A stretch of 31,259 bases of DNA from a virus (IMGVR_UViG_3300020044_005901:1-31259); one strand, 5' to 3'. Positions 1-9,783 are shown, counted from the first letter of the stretch. Translations and numbers: made by a program. Notes: generated from the letters alone by a model not told the origin.

Positions 1-388
1 ACTGTCGTGCTTTTTGGGCGTGAGACTTGAATTCACCAATGCCCACCAAAAAGTCAGATTCGCGCCGATTAGCTTCAGCGGTCAAAACCTTGATTTCTTG
101 AGGAGTCAAAGCCTCGCCACGTTCTGCCTTAATGTATGCAGCTTTAGCTTCAGGCTTCCAACTCGATGGCGCCTTAATTTCTGGAACTTGCTCCGGCTCT
201 GGTTTCGGCATCAATTCACCAGGAACACTCGGTTCCTCACGGGCTGCAAATTTGCCTTGTTCGTCACGGGCGCGGCCAATCGGCTCAGAATCGGGAACGA
301 CTTCAGAAACTTGGCTAGCTTCCTCTGGTGTTACCTTTTGGTCATCAGCTTCAAAAGCAGCTTCTAGTTGTTCACGGAGGTCGGACAT
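1..388 (-). CDS. Capsid scaffolding protein, N-terminal part (runs off the window)
   Basis: Not in the ORF track. ATG at 388 with AAGGA upstream. Open to the window edge: MSDLREQLEAAFEADDQ...RARDEQGKFAA...KAPSSWKPEAK...RRESDF. The acidic N-terminus, RDExGKF and APSSWK motifs, and position downstream of the portal are typical of podovirus scaffolds. Confidence 0.75.
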   Translation of the reverse strand, partial: MSDLREQLEAAFEADDQKVTPEEASQVSEVVPDSEPIGRARDEQGKFAAREEPSVPGELMPKPEPEQVPEIKAPSSWKPEAKAAYIKAERGEALTPQEIKVLTAEANRRESDFLVGIGEFKSHAQKARQ

Positions 389-415
389 AAGGGTTTTCCT
401 TAGTTGTTGAGAAAC

Positions 416-808
416 TTAATAGCCTAGCTTTTGCATAGCCGTGTGAATGTCGCGCTTGATAGATTCTCGATCTACCTTTGGCGCTTGTCGGGTCGTGTGG
501 GCTTTGACTTCGTTGCCAATTTCCACCAGGCGGTGAGTTTTCAAGTGTTCACGATGCTGTGAACGTGAACCAATCCATTCGCCTGTTTGCATGGATTTAT
601 AGCCCTGAATATCATTCATGACCATCGGAGCATTAACAACCGAAGTGCCGTAATACTCTGATTTCTCAATCAGTTGATTGGTTTCAGGGTCAAACACGTA
701 TGACCCACGTTTAGCGCGTGATTTACCGAATATGGCTTCGTAGTTATCAGCAAACGCTTTTTCGTCTGTCGGCCTACGGTCTGAGCCTTTTCCTGCTTCT
801 GAGTGCAT
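416..808 (-). CDS. Conserved phage hypothetical protein (head module)
   Basis: 130-aa ORF with PMVMNDIQGYKSMQTGEWIGSRSQHREHLKTHRLVEIGNE, a small-protein type usually found between portal and scaffold. Confidence 0.65.
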   Translation of the reverse strand: MHSEAGKGSDRRPTDEKAFADNYEAIFGKSRAKRGSYVFDPETNQLIEKSEYYGTSVVNAPMVMNDIQGYKSMQTGEWIGSRSQHREHLKTHRLVEIGNEVKAHTTRQAPKVDRESIKRDIHTAMQKLGY

Positions 809-819
809 TGGGTTTGCCT

Positions 820-1200
820 TTACATCAATAACAGCATTATCGCGTCATTCTCGTCATTTTCGTCATCAATTCTACGCATTTCCAGCACAATCATTAACTC
901 TTGTGCAATGAATAGCGCCATTTCAGCGTTTTGCTTGACCTTTGAATAGTCAATGCCCTGAAACTGTTTCTTAGCCTGAGGTACGGCTTTTAATGCCTCT
1001 ACCGGGTTTTCTTGGACTGCCTCGATTACTTCTTCAATCGTGGGAGGCTTGGCCTTCTTATGCTTTTTGCGCCAGAGGTCGTACCAGTATTCGGCGCCAA
1101 ACCCGTCATGTTGGTCAGGTTGAGGCGTGACTGCAACACCACGGAACTGATTGGCCGCGAAATGCCATGCGGCAAAGTGTTGGCTTCTAAAGTGCTGCAT
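820..1200 (-). CDS. Hypothetical head-module protein
   Basis: 126-aa ORF co-oriented with the late genes, ending in an acidic then hydrophobic tail (DDENDENDAIMLLLM). Confidence 0.6.
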   Translation of the reverse strand: MQHFRSQHFAAWHFAANQFRGVAVTPQPDQHDGFGAEYWYDLWRKKHKKAKPPTIEEVIEAVQENPVEALKAVPQAKKQFQGIDYSKVKQNAEMALFIAQELMIVLEMRRIDDENDENDAIMLLLM

Positions 1201-1215
1201 AACCTGATTTTAGGT

Positions 1216-1291
1216 TAAAATAGCGCAAAGGCCTAGAGCTACGAACTCTAGGCCTCCACTTCCCAAACCATCGTTTAAAAGGAACGACAGC
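1216..1291 (+). promoter_or_regulatory. Putative -10 box and 5' leader hairpin of HNH gene 1
   Basis: TAAAAT at 1216-1221, then the perfect hairpin AGGCCTAGAG-CTACGAA-CTCTAGGCCT (1229-1255). A second small stem, TCGTT-TAAAAGG-AACGA, covers the AAGGA RBS. Confidence 0.5.
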
Positions 1292-1780
1292 ATGAACAAG
1301 CCAAATTCTATCAGTCAATCCGTTGTGCGTGAGCTTTTCACATACAGCGAAGGACAGCTTTTGTGGAATATTCGAAAAAAAGGCATTAAGCGCAGACAAG
1401 CTGGATTCAAGTCGAAAGCTGGTTATACGCAAATCCGAATTAACAACAAGTTGTTTTACCTTCATAGACTCGTATGGATTTACCACTTTGGCGAAACACC
1501 ATTTGAAATTGACCACATTGACGGAAATCCTGCAAACAATTTTTTAGAAAACTTGCGTGAGGCCACTCACCAGCAAAATTTGTCAAACATGAAAAAGCAC
1601 GTTGACAACAAAAGCGGATATGTTGGAGTAACCAAGTGCTACAACAAATGGTTAGCCAAAATAATGATTGATGGCGTGGCTATCAATATCGGCTCTTTTG
1701 ATACACCTGAAGCCGCTTCCGATGCGTATCAGAAAACGGCCTCAGAGCATCGTAAAGAGTTTGTTAGGTCAAATCCGTAA
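1292..1780 (+). CDS. HNH homing endonuclease with C-terminal AP2-like DNA-binding domain
   Basis: HRLVW...IDHIDGNPANNFLENLREATHQQN HNH motif followed by SGYVGV...KWLAKI...IGSFDTPEAASDAY. It lies antisense to the late operon. Confidence 0.9.
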   Translation: MNKPNSISQSVVRELFTYSEGQLLWNIRKKGIKRRQAGFKSKAGYTQIRINNKLFYLHRLVWIYHFGETPFEIDHIDGNPANNFLENLREATHQQNLSNMKKHVDNKSGYVGVTKCYNKWLAKIMIDGVAINIGSFDTPEAASDAYQKTASEHRKEFVRSNP

Positions 1781-4625
1781 CCTCTGAGGTGCGGTTGCCT
1801 TGTGCATCGTTTGTCGAGACAAGGCGATCTTTTGTATCGGCCAAATCGCGGAATGTTTCAATGCCAGAGCCGCCGCCACTCACTTTTCCACCCAATACGC
1901 TGTTGTGCAGACGTAGAGACTCAACTACTGTTGCGCCTGTTTCGACTGTGCTATCAAGAATTTCTTGAGGGAGCGCAGCGACATTATTGGTAAGAATATC
2001 AACTTTTGTGTTGATTTGAGTGACTTCGGCACTTTGGGCAAGCTGAACTTGGCTACCGAAGAATAGACCTCGTGTGTATACGCCTTTATCCATTGGACAG
2101 GTAATGCGATAACCAGTGACGTTATCGACAATCACAATCTTGAAGCCTGGGGCATCCAAGAAGCGGAATGTCGTGTTTCCTACGTTGCCAAGGTTTGTGC
2201 CTGTCGCATAGTCTGCTTCTGGTACTGCGTTTGCAAGTTTCCACAGCGTAAAGTTGCCAGAACCGCCCTGAATCGTTACGGAAGAATTACCCGCGCCATC
2301 TTCGATTGAGGCGGTAATAACTTCAGTTGTCGCAGCCGTTACCAGCTTTGGCGGTGTGGCAATGATCGTGCTGTATTTTGAGCCGGGAGCCAACACGCCG
2401 GACTTGATGGTGATGGTTGACCCTGTAATGGATTCCATGACCGAAGCGGCAGCGTTTACAACTAGGTTTCTGTCACCGATTTCTACAGCCGTACCTGATC
2501 GCGTAGCAATCTGACCCAATTTAATGAAGTCTTCTGACAAACGGCGATAAGCTGTGTAATCATAAAAACGGTCCAAATCGCTAATGGCGGTATAGGCTGC
2601 CACAGTCGCTTTTGTAAGCTGACTCAATCCAACATCTTCAACGTAGATAGGCTCGTAGAACAGCAAGCCACCAGTGTTAGCCGCAAAGCTACCCGATTGA
2701 CGCTGTTTGCCGTATAGCTCAATAGCCCATGAGTACGTTCCAGTCGTACCCGGCGCAATGTAGTAAGCGTAGTCACCCGCGCTTGTCACTTCTTGCTGGA
2801 AATACTTTGTTACGCCTGAAGCGTCATAGATAACCAGTGATGAACCGACAGTTACGTTTTGGAATTCAAAGGTTGTCGATGTGCCAGCCGATGATGTGTA
2901 AATCGCGGTAATCTTGCCTGTGCCTGTCAGTGTTACGGTTGTAAACGTAACTGACTCATACTTTGTGCCGCTTGACAATGTAATGCCAGTGTTTACCGCC
3001 AAAGTCCAACCAGTAAAGCAAGTCAATGCCGTACCGTTGTAGGTCAGCAAGTATTGACTGAGGGCAGGGATAACAGCGTTAGCAGCGCTTGAGCAACCCC
3101 AAGAAACCGTGTAGTCATACAGTTCATCAAGCGTAGCGTTTCCAGTAACGGTAATCACCTTTGTGCCGCTGTTAATCGTGAACTTGCTAGACAGTGCCAA
3201 AGCGTTAGTTTCGGTCAGCGTCACGCCAGTATCAGCTACTTGGTTAATCAAACCGCCGAGCTTTAAGTCTGTGCCGTTGCCAGCCGTACCTAAAGAATAG
3301 GTGTAGGTGTTATGCGACCCGTTGACTACGTTATAGCCATAACATTTAATGGTGTAGTCAAATTGCGTGTAAAACGTGGCAGGAGCAATAGTGCCGTTTG
3401 TCGTGCCGTTGTATGTTGACTGAATAACCGTAGCAGCAAATGTAGTGCTTGCAGTGTTAACCACCGATGTCGCAATGACACTATCAACTGCGCGGCGAAC
3501 GACTAGCGTTGTTCTTGCTTTCAGGTTTGTGTAATCGTCTGAGAACTGGAATGTGATTGGCGTAGTGCCACCAGGGTGACGAACAATACTCACAGCAGGT
3601 GAAATCACGTTGGTGAAAACATACGTACCGTTGTTAATATCATCAATCAGAGCACCAGAGCCTACATCAGCCACCACTGTACGGTTATTGGTCGATGCGC
3701 CGAAAGACACTGCACTATTGGCTCGGAAAATTCCCAGAGGAGCACCAGCACCAAACTGAGGGAATGACAAGAATGAACCTTGGAAAGAACCGTTACCCCA
3801 CTGAATCAAGTCAGCGTTGTTGTAATCCGCCTCGTGGATTGTCTTGTAAAGCAGGTGACGATCAGCGTTGGATGCCCAATTACCACCACCAGGGGATGCG
3901 CAGGCGTGATAAATACGTGTCCCGTACAAAGCATAAGTCTTGTTCGTTGCCGATGTACCTTCAGCTCCAATGAAGAACGAACGGCGCATAGGCGAACCGA
4001 TAGCGCCACCAAAGAAGAACATATGGGCCGAAGTGCCACCAGTGCCCCAAAGGTTGTAGGCAGGCGTACCAGACAGCGGATAGCCTTCGTTTGGTCGTGC
4101 AGTACATTCCCGTGACCAAATAAACGATTCTTTGCTCACCCCGTCATAAGACATCAACTTGCCAAACACCGAAACGCCACCAACAAACTGAAAACCGTTT
4201 GTCATGGTGTACTGCTTGTTTTCCTCATAGAAGCAAAGCGACACCTCACTACCAGCCGTACCCATCACCACGTTATCTGAAACAGTAACTACGTTGTTGT
4301 CAGGGCTTGCAACCGTAAAACCAGTCGTTGCAGATTCGGCAGAATTCTTTGAAACCAGAACCTGATCGCCTACCGCTTGAGTAGCATAAAGGCCAGTCAC
4401 AGGGTCAACAAAGCGGTTTTCAAGCTCAAGAACTGTCGTGCTAGTGAATCGGCGTACCCATGCAATACCTTTAAAGGCATTCGCACTTGTAAACAGCGCA
4501 ACCATTCGCTGAGTTGAACCAAAGTCACCGCTTACAAACGTGCCAGTTGCAATCGTTACGCTAGTCGTGCCAGCCGCGCTAAGTGATCGAATGGCGTATT
4601 TACCGCCCGTAATCGTTACCGCCAT
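1764..4625 (-). CDS. Large Thr/Gly/Ser-rich virion fibre/spike-like protein
   Basis: 953 aa, rich in beta-strand-type sequence, with an internal duplication. The C-terminus LRLHNSVLGGKVSGGGSGIETFRDLADTKDRLVSTNDAQGNRT resembles ends of phage structural proteins. Function is inferred from composition and position. Confidence 0.55.
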   Translation of the reverse strand: MAVTITGGKYAIRSLSAAGTTSVTIATGTFVSGDFGSTQRMVALFTSANAFKGIAWVRRFTSTTVLELENRFVDPVTGLYATQAVGDQVLVSKNSAESATTGFTVASPDNNVVTVSDNVVMGTAGSEVSLCFYEENKQYTMTNGFQFVGGVSVFGKLMSYDGVSKESFIWSRECTARPNEGYPLSGTPAYNLWGTGGTSAHMFFFGGAIGSPMRRSFFIGAEGTSATNKTYALYGTRIYHACASPGGGNWASNADRHLLYKTIHEADYNNADLIQWGNGSFQGSFLSFPQFGAGAPLGIFRANSAVSFGASTNNRTVVADVGSGALIDDINNGTYVFTNVISPAVSIVRHPGGTTPITFQFSDDYTNLKARTTLVVRRAVDSVIATSVVNTASTTFAATVIQSTYNGTTNGTIAPATFYTQFDYTIKCYGYNVVNGSHNTYTYSLGTAGNGTDLKLGGLINQVADTGVTLTETNALALSSKFTINSGTKVITVTGNATLDELYDYTVSWGCSSAANAVIPALSQYLLTYNGTALTCFTGWTLAVNTGITLSSGTKYESVTFTTVTLTGTGKITAIYTSSAGTSTTFEFQNVTVGSSLVIYDASGVTKYFQQEVTSAGDYAYYIAPGTTGTYSWAIELYGKQRQSGSFAANTGGLLFYEPIYVEDVGLSQLTKATVAAYTAISDLDRFYDYTAYRRLSEDFIKLGQIATRSGTAVEIGDRNLVVNAAASVMESITGSTITIKSGVLAPGSKYSTIIATPPKLVTAATTEVITASIEDGAGNSSVTIQGGSGNFTLWKLANAVPEADYATGTNLGNVGNTTFRFLDAPGFKIVIVDNVTGYRITCPMDKGVYTRGLFFGSQVQLAQSAEVTQINTKVDILTNNVAALPQEILDSTVETGATVVESLRLHNSVLGGKVSGGGSGIETFRDLADTKDRLVSTNDAQGNRTSEVTDLT

Positions 4626-4765
4626 TATTTATCCTTTGGTGTAGTCTCGTCAGGCTTTGGAGGCTTCTTTCGCCCGTAATACCGACCCTGCAATACTTTC
4701 AGTGCCCCTAGTCCAATGACAAAGGGAATGCCGTAAACAACAATGTCGGCAAGTACGGCTGACAT
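4625..4765 (-). CDS. Small single-pass membrane protein (46 aa)
   Basis: Not in the track. MSAVLADIVVYGIPFVIGLGALKVLQGRYYGRKKPPKPDETTPKDK. It fills the gap exactly, with TAATG stop/start overlaps on both sides. Confidence 0.7.
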   Translation of the reverse strand: MSAVLADIVVYGIPFVIGLGALKVLQGRYYGRKKPPKPDETTPKDK

Positions 4766-5064
4766 TAGACAGCCTCAGCGAACATCGAGGTCTTGTTAAC
4801 TGTTGATGCGATTTCTAGGCCGATTCCAGCCGCTACAAGGGTGTAAGCGCCTTCAGGTGATGCGTCCCATGTCAGATAGGTTTCCCGGCCTTCAAGCGAG
4901 TAAGTCGATTCACCAGCCCAAACCATGTTCTTATCAAACAATGTGTATTTGAACGTGACCGCATCAAACAAGTTATCAGAGATTGACACCACATTAAATT
5001 GAGTGGCTTCCATGCGCTTGCCGTTAGCGAAAGCGAGTTGTGGAACGATTTTGACGGTTTTCAT
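4765..5064 (-). CDS. Hypothetical protein, possibly fibre-associated
   Basis: 99-aa ORF translationally coupled to both neighbours. The DNL...TF.Y.L...G..Y..WD pattern resembles small proteins found next to phage fibres. Confidence 0.6.
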   Translation of the reverse strand: MKTVKIVPQLAFANGKRMEATQFNVVSISDNLFDAVTFKYTLFDKNMVWAGESTYSLEGRETYLTWDASPEGAYTLVAAGIGLEIASTVNKTSMFAEAV

Positions 5065-5357
5065 TATGTTGTCCTTTTATGAACGAATGCAAAGTAATAA
5101 ACCAAAATCATGGCGCCAATATCTTTGGTCAGCCACAAAGGGAAATATCTGTCTATCGGATAGTAACCAGCGTCAAGGTAGTGGATTGATCGAACAATCT
5201 GCACCACCAAGCCGAAAACCATAGACGCAAAGCCTATTTTCAGCAGGACATGAAACCCGTCAGGCTTGGCAAAGACATACACAAAAGCCACAGCAATGGT
5301 GACAACCTGGAATACCAGTGCAATCGTTAGCCACACTGCGACTTGTGCGTCATTCAT
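5064..5357 (-). CDS. Membrane protein (about 3 TM)
   Basis: 97 aa with three hydrophobic segments, coupled to its neighbours. Confidence 0.7.
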   Translation of the reverse strand: MNDAQVAVWLTIALVFQVVTIAVAFVYVFAKPDGFHVLLKIGFASMVFGLVVQIVRSIHYLDAGYYPIDRYFPLWLTKDIGAMILVYYFAFVHKRTT

Positions 5358-5770
5358 GGTGCTGGCTTTCGTTTAACTACCTTTTTAGCCGGGGCTTTCT
5401 TGGCAGCGGGTTTAGCCACCTGTCGAATTTCCGTCACTACTTCCAGCAAGTCTTTGTTTTGGCGATTGTCAAAGAAGTTAGCTAACCATGAAACAATTGC
5501 CACTGCGCCCAAACCAATGCCGCCACCTACTGCGAGGGCTGTGTTTGCATCGTTTGGATTCATGCCCAATTGAACTGCAAGCGCACCGCCGAATATCACC
5601 CCTGCACCTACTGAAACACCGCCAATAATGGCCCCCGCTGCTATAGGAGTATGTTTCTTTAGTCGTTCAGGCATCCAAAAGAATGAAAGCATAAATCCAC
5701 CGAATAGGGCTGCAAACCCATAATAGACTTTTGATATGGCAAAGGAAATGCCGGTTACTACTGGTTCCAT
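5354..5770 (-). CDS. Holin-like membrane protein (about 3 TM, Lys-rich C-tail)
   Basis: 138 aa with three Gly/Ala-rich hydrophobic helices and a basic tail KPAAKKAPAKKVVKRK. CAGGA RBS upstream. Confidence 0.5.
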   Translation of the reverse strand: MEPVVTGISFAISKVYYGFAALFGGFMLSFFWMPERLKKHTPIAAGAIIGGVSVGAGVIFGGALAVQLGMNPNDANTALAVGGGIGLGAVAIVSWLANFFDNRQNKDLLEVVTEIRQVAKPAAKKAPAKKVVKRKPAP

Positions 5771-5793
5771 GATACTTCCTGAGTTTGCTTATT

Positions 5794-8058
5794 TTATTCG
5801 CTTACTTCGATTGCGCCAATAGCTTTTCCGGTAATCGGGTCACGCTCAAGCACACGGCGTTTTGGTCGCTTCATTTCATCAACTGCACCAACCAGAACGG
5901 CAGCGACTTGGCCCAAGTTGTTCACGGCTTCAGCGATTCCTGCGCCTTGCATATTGGCCGCATCTGTGATGGATTGGGCGATATCGTCCAGTTTGCCGCC
6001 AGAGTCCACTGTGAACTGATTGACGGGCTTTGCGCTTGCTTCGGTCTGCATTTGGGCAATCTGTAGCTTTGTCTGCGCGTCCAATTGGGCTTTGTATGCT
6101 TGGCGCTCAGTCTCTGCCTGTTGCTTAATTTGCTCCAGTTCCATCGCTTGCTGGGCCTTGAATTGCTCAATCTGTGCCTGTGCCTGAGTTTTCATCGCTT
6201 CCATTTGCTGCGTCTGTTGCATTTTGGCCTGTTCTGCTTGCATGGTTGCTTGCATCTTGGCCTGTTCCATCTGCTGTTGAGCCTGGGCTTGTTGTTGCTC
6301 AGGCGTTGGTCCTTTTGGTTCTTTGGGCGCGTTCATCTTTTCGATCGTTGTCTCCATAGCAGACTCAAGCGAACGACCGCCTTTAAACGTACGCACCACA
6401 AATTGCAGCACCTCACCGATCAGCGGGGCCATTTCAGGGGCTTGCTGCACCATAGGCAGGGCATCGCGCATGGTCACGCCGAAAGCGGTCATAAACTCGG
6501 TTCTGGACTGTTTTTCAGCCTGTTCGTCCATCTCGACCAGAGAATCAGACGCCACCTCGATGCGGAAGTTACGGGCTGGCTCAGACTTCATCAACTGAAT
6601 GGCTGCTTCTGCAAACTGAGCGTCATCCGTGCCCATGATGCCCGACATTTGAATCAGGTTTTCAGGGGAATAAAGGTCACACATCAACTGCGCTTTGATT
6701 CGCAGCAACTCAGACGCGAACATCGCCACATCCATTTGCATACGCTTCAGTCTCATTGAGGCATATTGCCCCTTGATCTGTTGGGCGGTTGCTGTCTCAG
6801 AGGCTACGCTAGACCCACGAATAATGTCGCTCAGGCCCGTGACGTCATAGACGACTTGTTTAGCCTGTTCACGGCTTGCATAACACTGGTTTAGGGCTTG
6901 CAGTGTCTGATCCAAAGGCAAGAAGTCAATCGTTCCCTTAACGCCGCCTTTTTCAGAGAATGCCGCCCAAGAATCCACGGGGATCAGTTGGTTATCAAAG
7001 CCCTCGGTGAGCATACGTTGCACACCAGCTTGGCTAGCGTCATATACACCAACCACTTTTACCGCTTCAATCAGCAAAGCAATGCGGTTTGTCAGCTTGT
7101 CGATTTCATCCGCTTGGTCTTGATACAGCACATAGTCAGGAACAGGGACAAGGGTGTCAGTTGTCTGTGTGGCAAACAAAGGTTTAGGCAAGGGCCAGAA
7201 GTTATCCAAGCCATACGGGTCATTTTTGTGGTCAAGCAGCTTGTCTTCGCCCTCAGCCACCCAATAGACACACTCGCTTGTCTTGTCCCAAATCTCCCAA
7301 ATCTCAGCCTTTTTCATGGCTTCAGCGTCTGCCTTGTTAAACCCAGACTTCAGCATGTCGTCAAGACCTTGGGGAATGTGAGTCAGGTTAATGTCCTTAA
7401 ACTCCTCGCCAAATCGCTTAACGACTTCATCCTTGCTCATGTACACCCTACGGGCACACCATGTCACTTCTTCCCATGTACGGGCAGGGGTGCAGCGGAA
7501 ATCTTCCCAATAGACGTAATCCACCGGGGTTTCTTCAAGGTTGATTTCAGGCTGACCAGCGTACATCTCGACCCGAGGCTCACCCTGCGTCATGCTATAG
7601 GCTTCTTCTGGGCTTGCTTCTTCAGCCGCTTCCATCTCAGGGGATTCAATGGTTTCAACGCTCTTTGTGTCAAACCGCACCCAGTTAACCCCACGGCCTG
7701 GAAGCAACCGATCCATCACCGCTAGCTTGATAGCCTGGTCAAAGTCGGTGTTGTTGTCAATCTCGTACTGCAAAGCACGTTCAAGAATAACCGCCGCTGT
7801 ACGTGCAACAGGATCCTTGTCTTTCCAACGGCGCTCAACTTGAGCGCGTGGTGTACGGCCATATAGGGCAGGAAGAATGGTCTGGATGTTTGACCACAAC
7901 ACGTTATACCGCTTAGAGGTGAACGACTGTGTACGGTCATCTCGATAGCGTTTGACGATCTTCTTACCACGCGTAATCCATTTTTCGTCTTCACGCTTGG
8001 CTTGCTTAAGTTCGTTCTTCCAGCGTTTGGCTTCGGCTACCGAGTTCATCGATTTCAT
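5794..8058 (-). CDS. Portal protein
   Basis: About 754 aa directly after terL, with a long Gln/Ala-rich C-terminal coiled coil like the P22-type portal barrel. The start is placed at ATG 8058, which overlaps the terL stop as ATGA. The track start is 8091. Confidence 0.9.
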   Translation of the reverse strand: MKSMNSVAEAKRWKNELKQAKREDEKWITRGKKIVKRYRDDRTQSFTSKRYNVLWSNIQTILPALYGRTPRAQVERRWKDKDPVARTAAVILERALQYEIDNNTDFDQAIKLAVMDRLLPGRGVNWVRFDTKSVETIESPEMEAAEEASPEEAYSMTQGEPRVEMYAGQPEINLEETPVDYVYWEDFRCTPARTWEEVTWCARRVYMSKDEVVKRFGEEFKDINLTHIPQGLDDMLKSGFNKADAEAMKKAEIWEIWDKTSECVYWVAEGEDKLLDHKNDPYGLDNFWPLPKPLFATQTTDTLVPVPDYVLYQDQADEIDKLTNRIALLIEAVKVVGVYDASQAGVQRMLTEGFDNQLIPVDSWAAFSEKGGVKGTIDFLPLDQTLQALNQCYASREQAKQVVYDVTGLSDIIRGSSVASETATAQQIKGQYASMRLKRMQMDVAMFASELLRIKAQLMCDLYSPENLIQMSGIMGTDDAQFAEAAIQLMKSEPARNFRIEVASDSLVEMDEQAEKQSRTEFMTAFGVTMRDALPMVQQAPEMAPLIGEVLQFVVRTFKGGRSLESAMETTIEKMNAPKEPKGPTPEQQQAQAQQQMEQAKMQATMQAEQAKMQQTQQMEAMKTQAQAQIEQFKAQQAMELEQIKQQAETERQAYKAQLDAQTKLQIAQMQTEASAKPVNQFTVDSGGKLDDIAQSITDAANMQGAGIAEAVNNLGQVAAVLVGAVDEMKRPKRRVLERDPITGKAIGAIEVSE

Positions 8059-9407
8059 ATTCGGTCGTTTCTTCGTGGTGTTTCTTTCCACAGGTCATCC
8101 AGTGGTGCTGTGACTATTCTACCGTTTTGGCCGGAAATTGGGAATAAATCGGGCTTTTCTTGCGGTTTTGGCACGTTTTCGGCCATTACTTGCGAGCCGT
8201 AAGAAAATCCGTCAGCAGGGTGTGATGCCCAATTGTGCTTTGGTTCACGGCTAAATAACCCTGAATCTTCGTTGTAATCGAACTCCCAAGCCCTCAAACC
8301 GTCTAGCCCTGCTTCACACTTAACCCTGTTAAATGCACATCGCTTAATCATCGTTCTAGCGGCTTCGATCTGATCCTTCTTGGTTGACTGAGGCACGATT
8401 TTGATTTTGTCAGCGCCAAAAGCCTTAATGAATTGCTCCATTGAAGTGTATTTGCTCTGAAATGTTTTGGCTTTTGCATCCGATGGCATCCAGATAGCGC
8501 CCAAGCAGTCAGCCCCGCCAATACTGACAATCTTTTCTCTTACCTCAGGAATCCAGTCGGCTGCGTCCATTCCATTACCCTGTTGGTAGTCAACAAGGTT
8601 AAAACCACCGGGAACAGCTTGCCAATACCACCATGCAGTTGTGTCTCTATAGCCTAAGTCGCACGAAAGCACAATCTTTGACGCTTCAGGGTCATACTCC
8701 ACATCATCATTGATGCGTCCGTCCCTCTCAGCCTCACCTACCCATTTAGCAAGAATAGCGCCTTGGCTTGAGCCGTAGCCACCGTTCCAGACGTGTTCAG
8801 CCTTGTCGGGGTCGTTCTCAAAGTCTTTTAGCATATCCTGATAGAGAGGCGTACCCTTAAACCACGGGTTGTCGTACCAGTTAATCAGGATGGCGATTGA
8901 GTCATCACGCTTACCACTGCGAAAGAACTTATCCACAGCGTCTGTCTTGTATCGCGGGTTCCAGCTAAACCACAATTCAGACCCTGGCTTGCGGATTGTT
9001 GGCCGCAATAGGTCAAGGGAGTGTTGGCTAAGGGTTTGGGCTTCCTCTACCCATGCAATGTCAAAGCCTTCTAGCGACTTGATGTTGGCAGCGTTGAATG
9101 ACTGCAAGCCCTTAAAAATGATCTGACTGTCATTTGGGCCGCGAATTTCTGAGTCTAGGATGGTGAATTGCTTATCCAGCCCAAACTTCATGATCTTGTC
9201 GGTCAATAGCTGTTTCACCGACTCTTTGATCGAGTTCTGCACCTCACGCAAGCAAACCACCCGTTTACCCGCTAGGGCTTGGCAAATGATCTGCTCTGCA
9301 AAGAAGTGAGACTTAGCACCACCACGGCCACCATATGCGCCTTTGTAGCGTTTTGGGCTTAGTAGTGGGGCAAGTTTGGCGGGTACTTGGACTTTAAGTG
9401 TTGACAA
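8055..9407 (-). CDS. terL: Terminase large subunit (PBSX/Terminase_3 type)
   Basis: Walker A YGGRGGAKS, CLREVQNSIKES, Walker B IAWVEEA, LRPTIRK..SELWFSWNP, and nuclease motifs CDLGYRD and SHPADGFSY. Confidence 0.95.
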   Translation of the reverse strand: MSTLKVQVPAKLAPLLSPKRYKGAYGGRGGAKSHFFAEQIICQALAGKRVVCLREVQNSIKESVKQLLTDKIMKFGLDKQFTILDSEIRGPNDSQIIFKGLQSFNAANIKSLEGFDIAWVEEAQTLSQHSLDLLRPTIRKPGSELWFSWNPRYKTDAVDKFFRSGKRDDSIAILINWYDNPWFKGTPLYQDMLKDFENDPDKAEHVWNGGYGSSQGAILAKWVGEAERDGRINDDVEYDPEASKIVLSCDLGYRDTTAWWYWQAVPGGFNLVDYQQGNGMDAADWIPEVREKIVSIGGADCLGAIWMPSDAKAKTFQSKYTSMEQFIKAFGADKIKIVPQSTKKDQIEAARTMIKRCAFNRVKCEAGLDGLRAWEFDYNEDSGLFSREPKHNWASHPADGFSYGSQVMAENVPKPQEKPDLFPISGQNGRIVTAPLDDLWKETPRRNDRI

Positions 9408-9783
9408 GCAGAAACTCGACTCGGTTCACGTTGTTTGTGCCACCTGTTAGCTCTAGCTTGGATGGTTCGTTAAACCCATGCATAGCGTTAAGCTCTTTAA
9501 TGGCCGCTACAAGCCCCGCTGCGTTGTCTTTGTTCTCAGCTATGGAAATAGCATTTTGAAGCGCCCTAACGCTGTCTGCTCGCGTCCAAAGTGCTTTTGA
9601 GGATAGTTGCTCTTTGAGTTCTTTTACCCTTGCCGCGACCTTACCGTCAGCCATTAGCTCAGAGGCTTTTGAGTAAATGCTTTCAGGTTTCATTTTTTCG
9701 GCGTCATAAGCAGCACGATAAGCGTCTGCTTGATTCATTCCGTCAGCAATGCACTGAGCAAACTTCTCCTGTTTCGGTGTCAT
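9394..9783 (-). CDS. terS: Terminase small subunit
   Basis: MTPKQEKFAQ...NQADAYRAAY HTH start typical of TerS, directly upstream of terL, with an AAGGA RBS and TATAAT about 35 nt upstream. Confidence 0.9.
   Translation of the reverse strand: MTPKQEKFAQCIADGMNQADAYRAAYDAEKMKPESIYSKASELMADGKVAARVKELKEQLSSKALWTRADSVRALQNAISIAENKDNAAGLVAAIKELNAMHGFNEPSKLELTGGTNNVNRVEFLLVNT

Noticed and set aside
14-410. Plus-strand ORFs 14..367 and 132..410
   Set aside because: They are antisense shadows of the minus-strand scaffold gene starting at 388, which has an RBS and recognisable motifs.
6040-6310. Repetitive CAG/CAA/GCA-rich DNA in the portal 3' region
   Set aside because: It is explained by the Gln/Ala coiled-coil barrel. 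There are no regular nucleotide repeats with spacers.
6085-7725. Long plus-strand ORFs 6085..6759 and 6898..7725
   Set aside because: They are antisense to the portal. The Leu/His-rich sequence is the mirror of Gln/Met/Glu codons.
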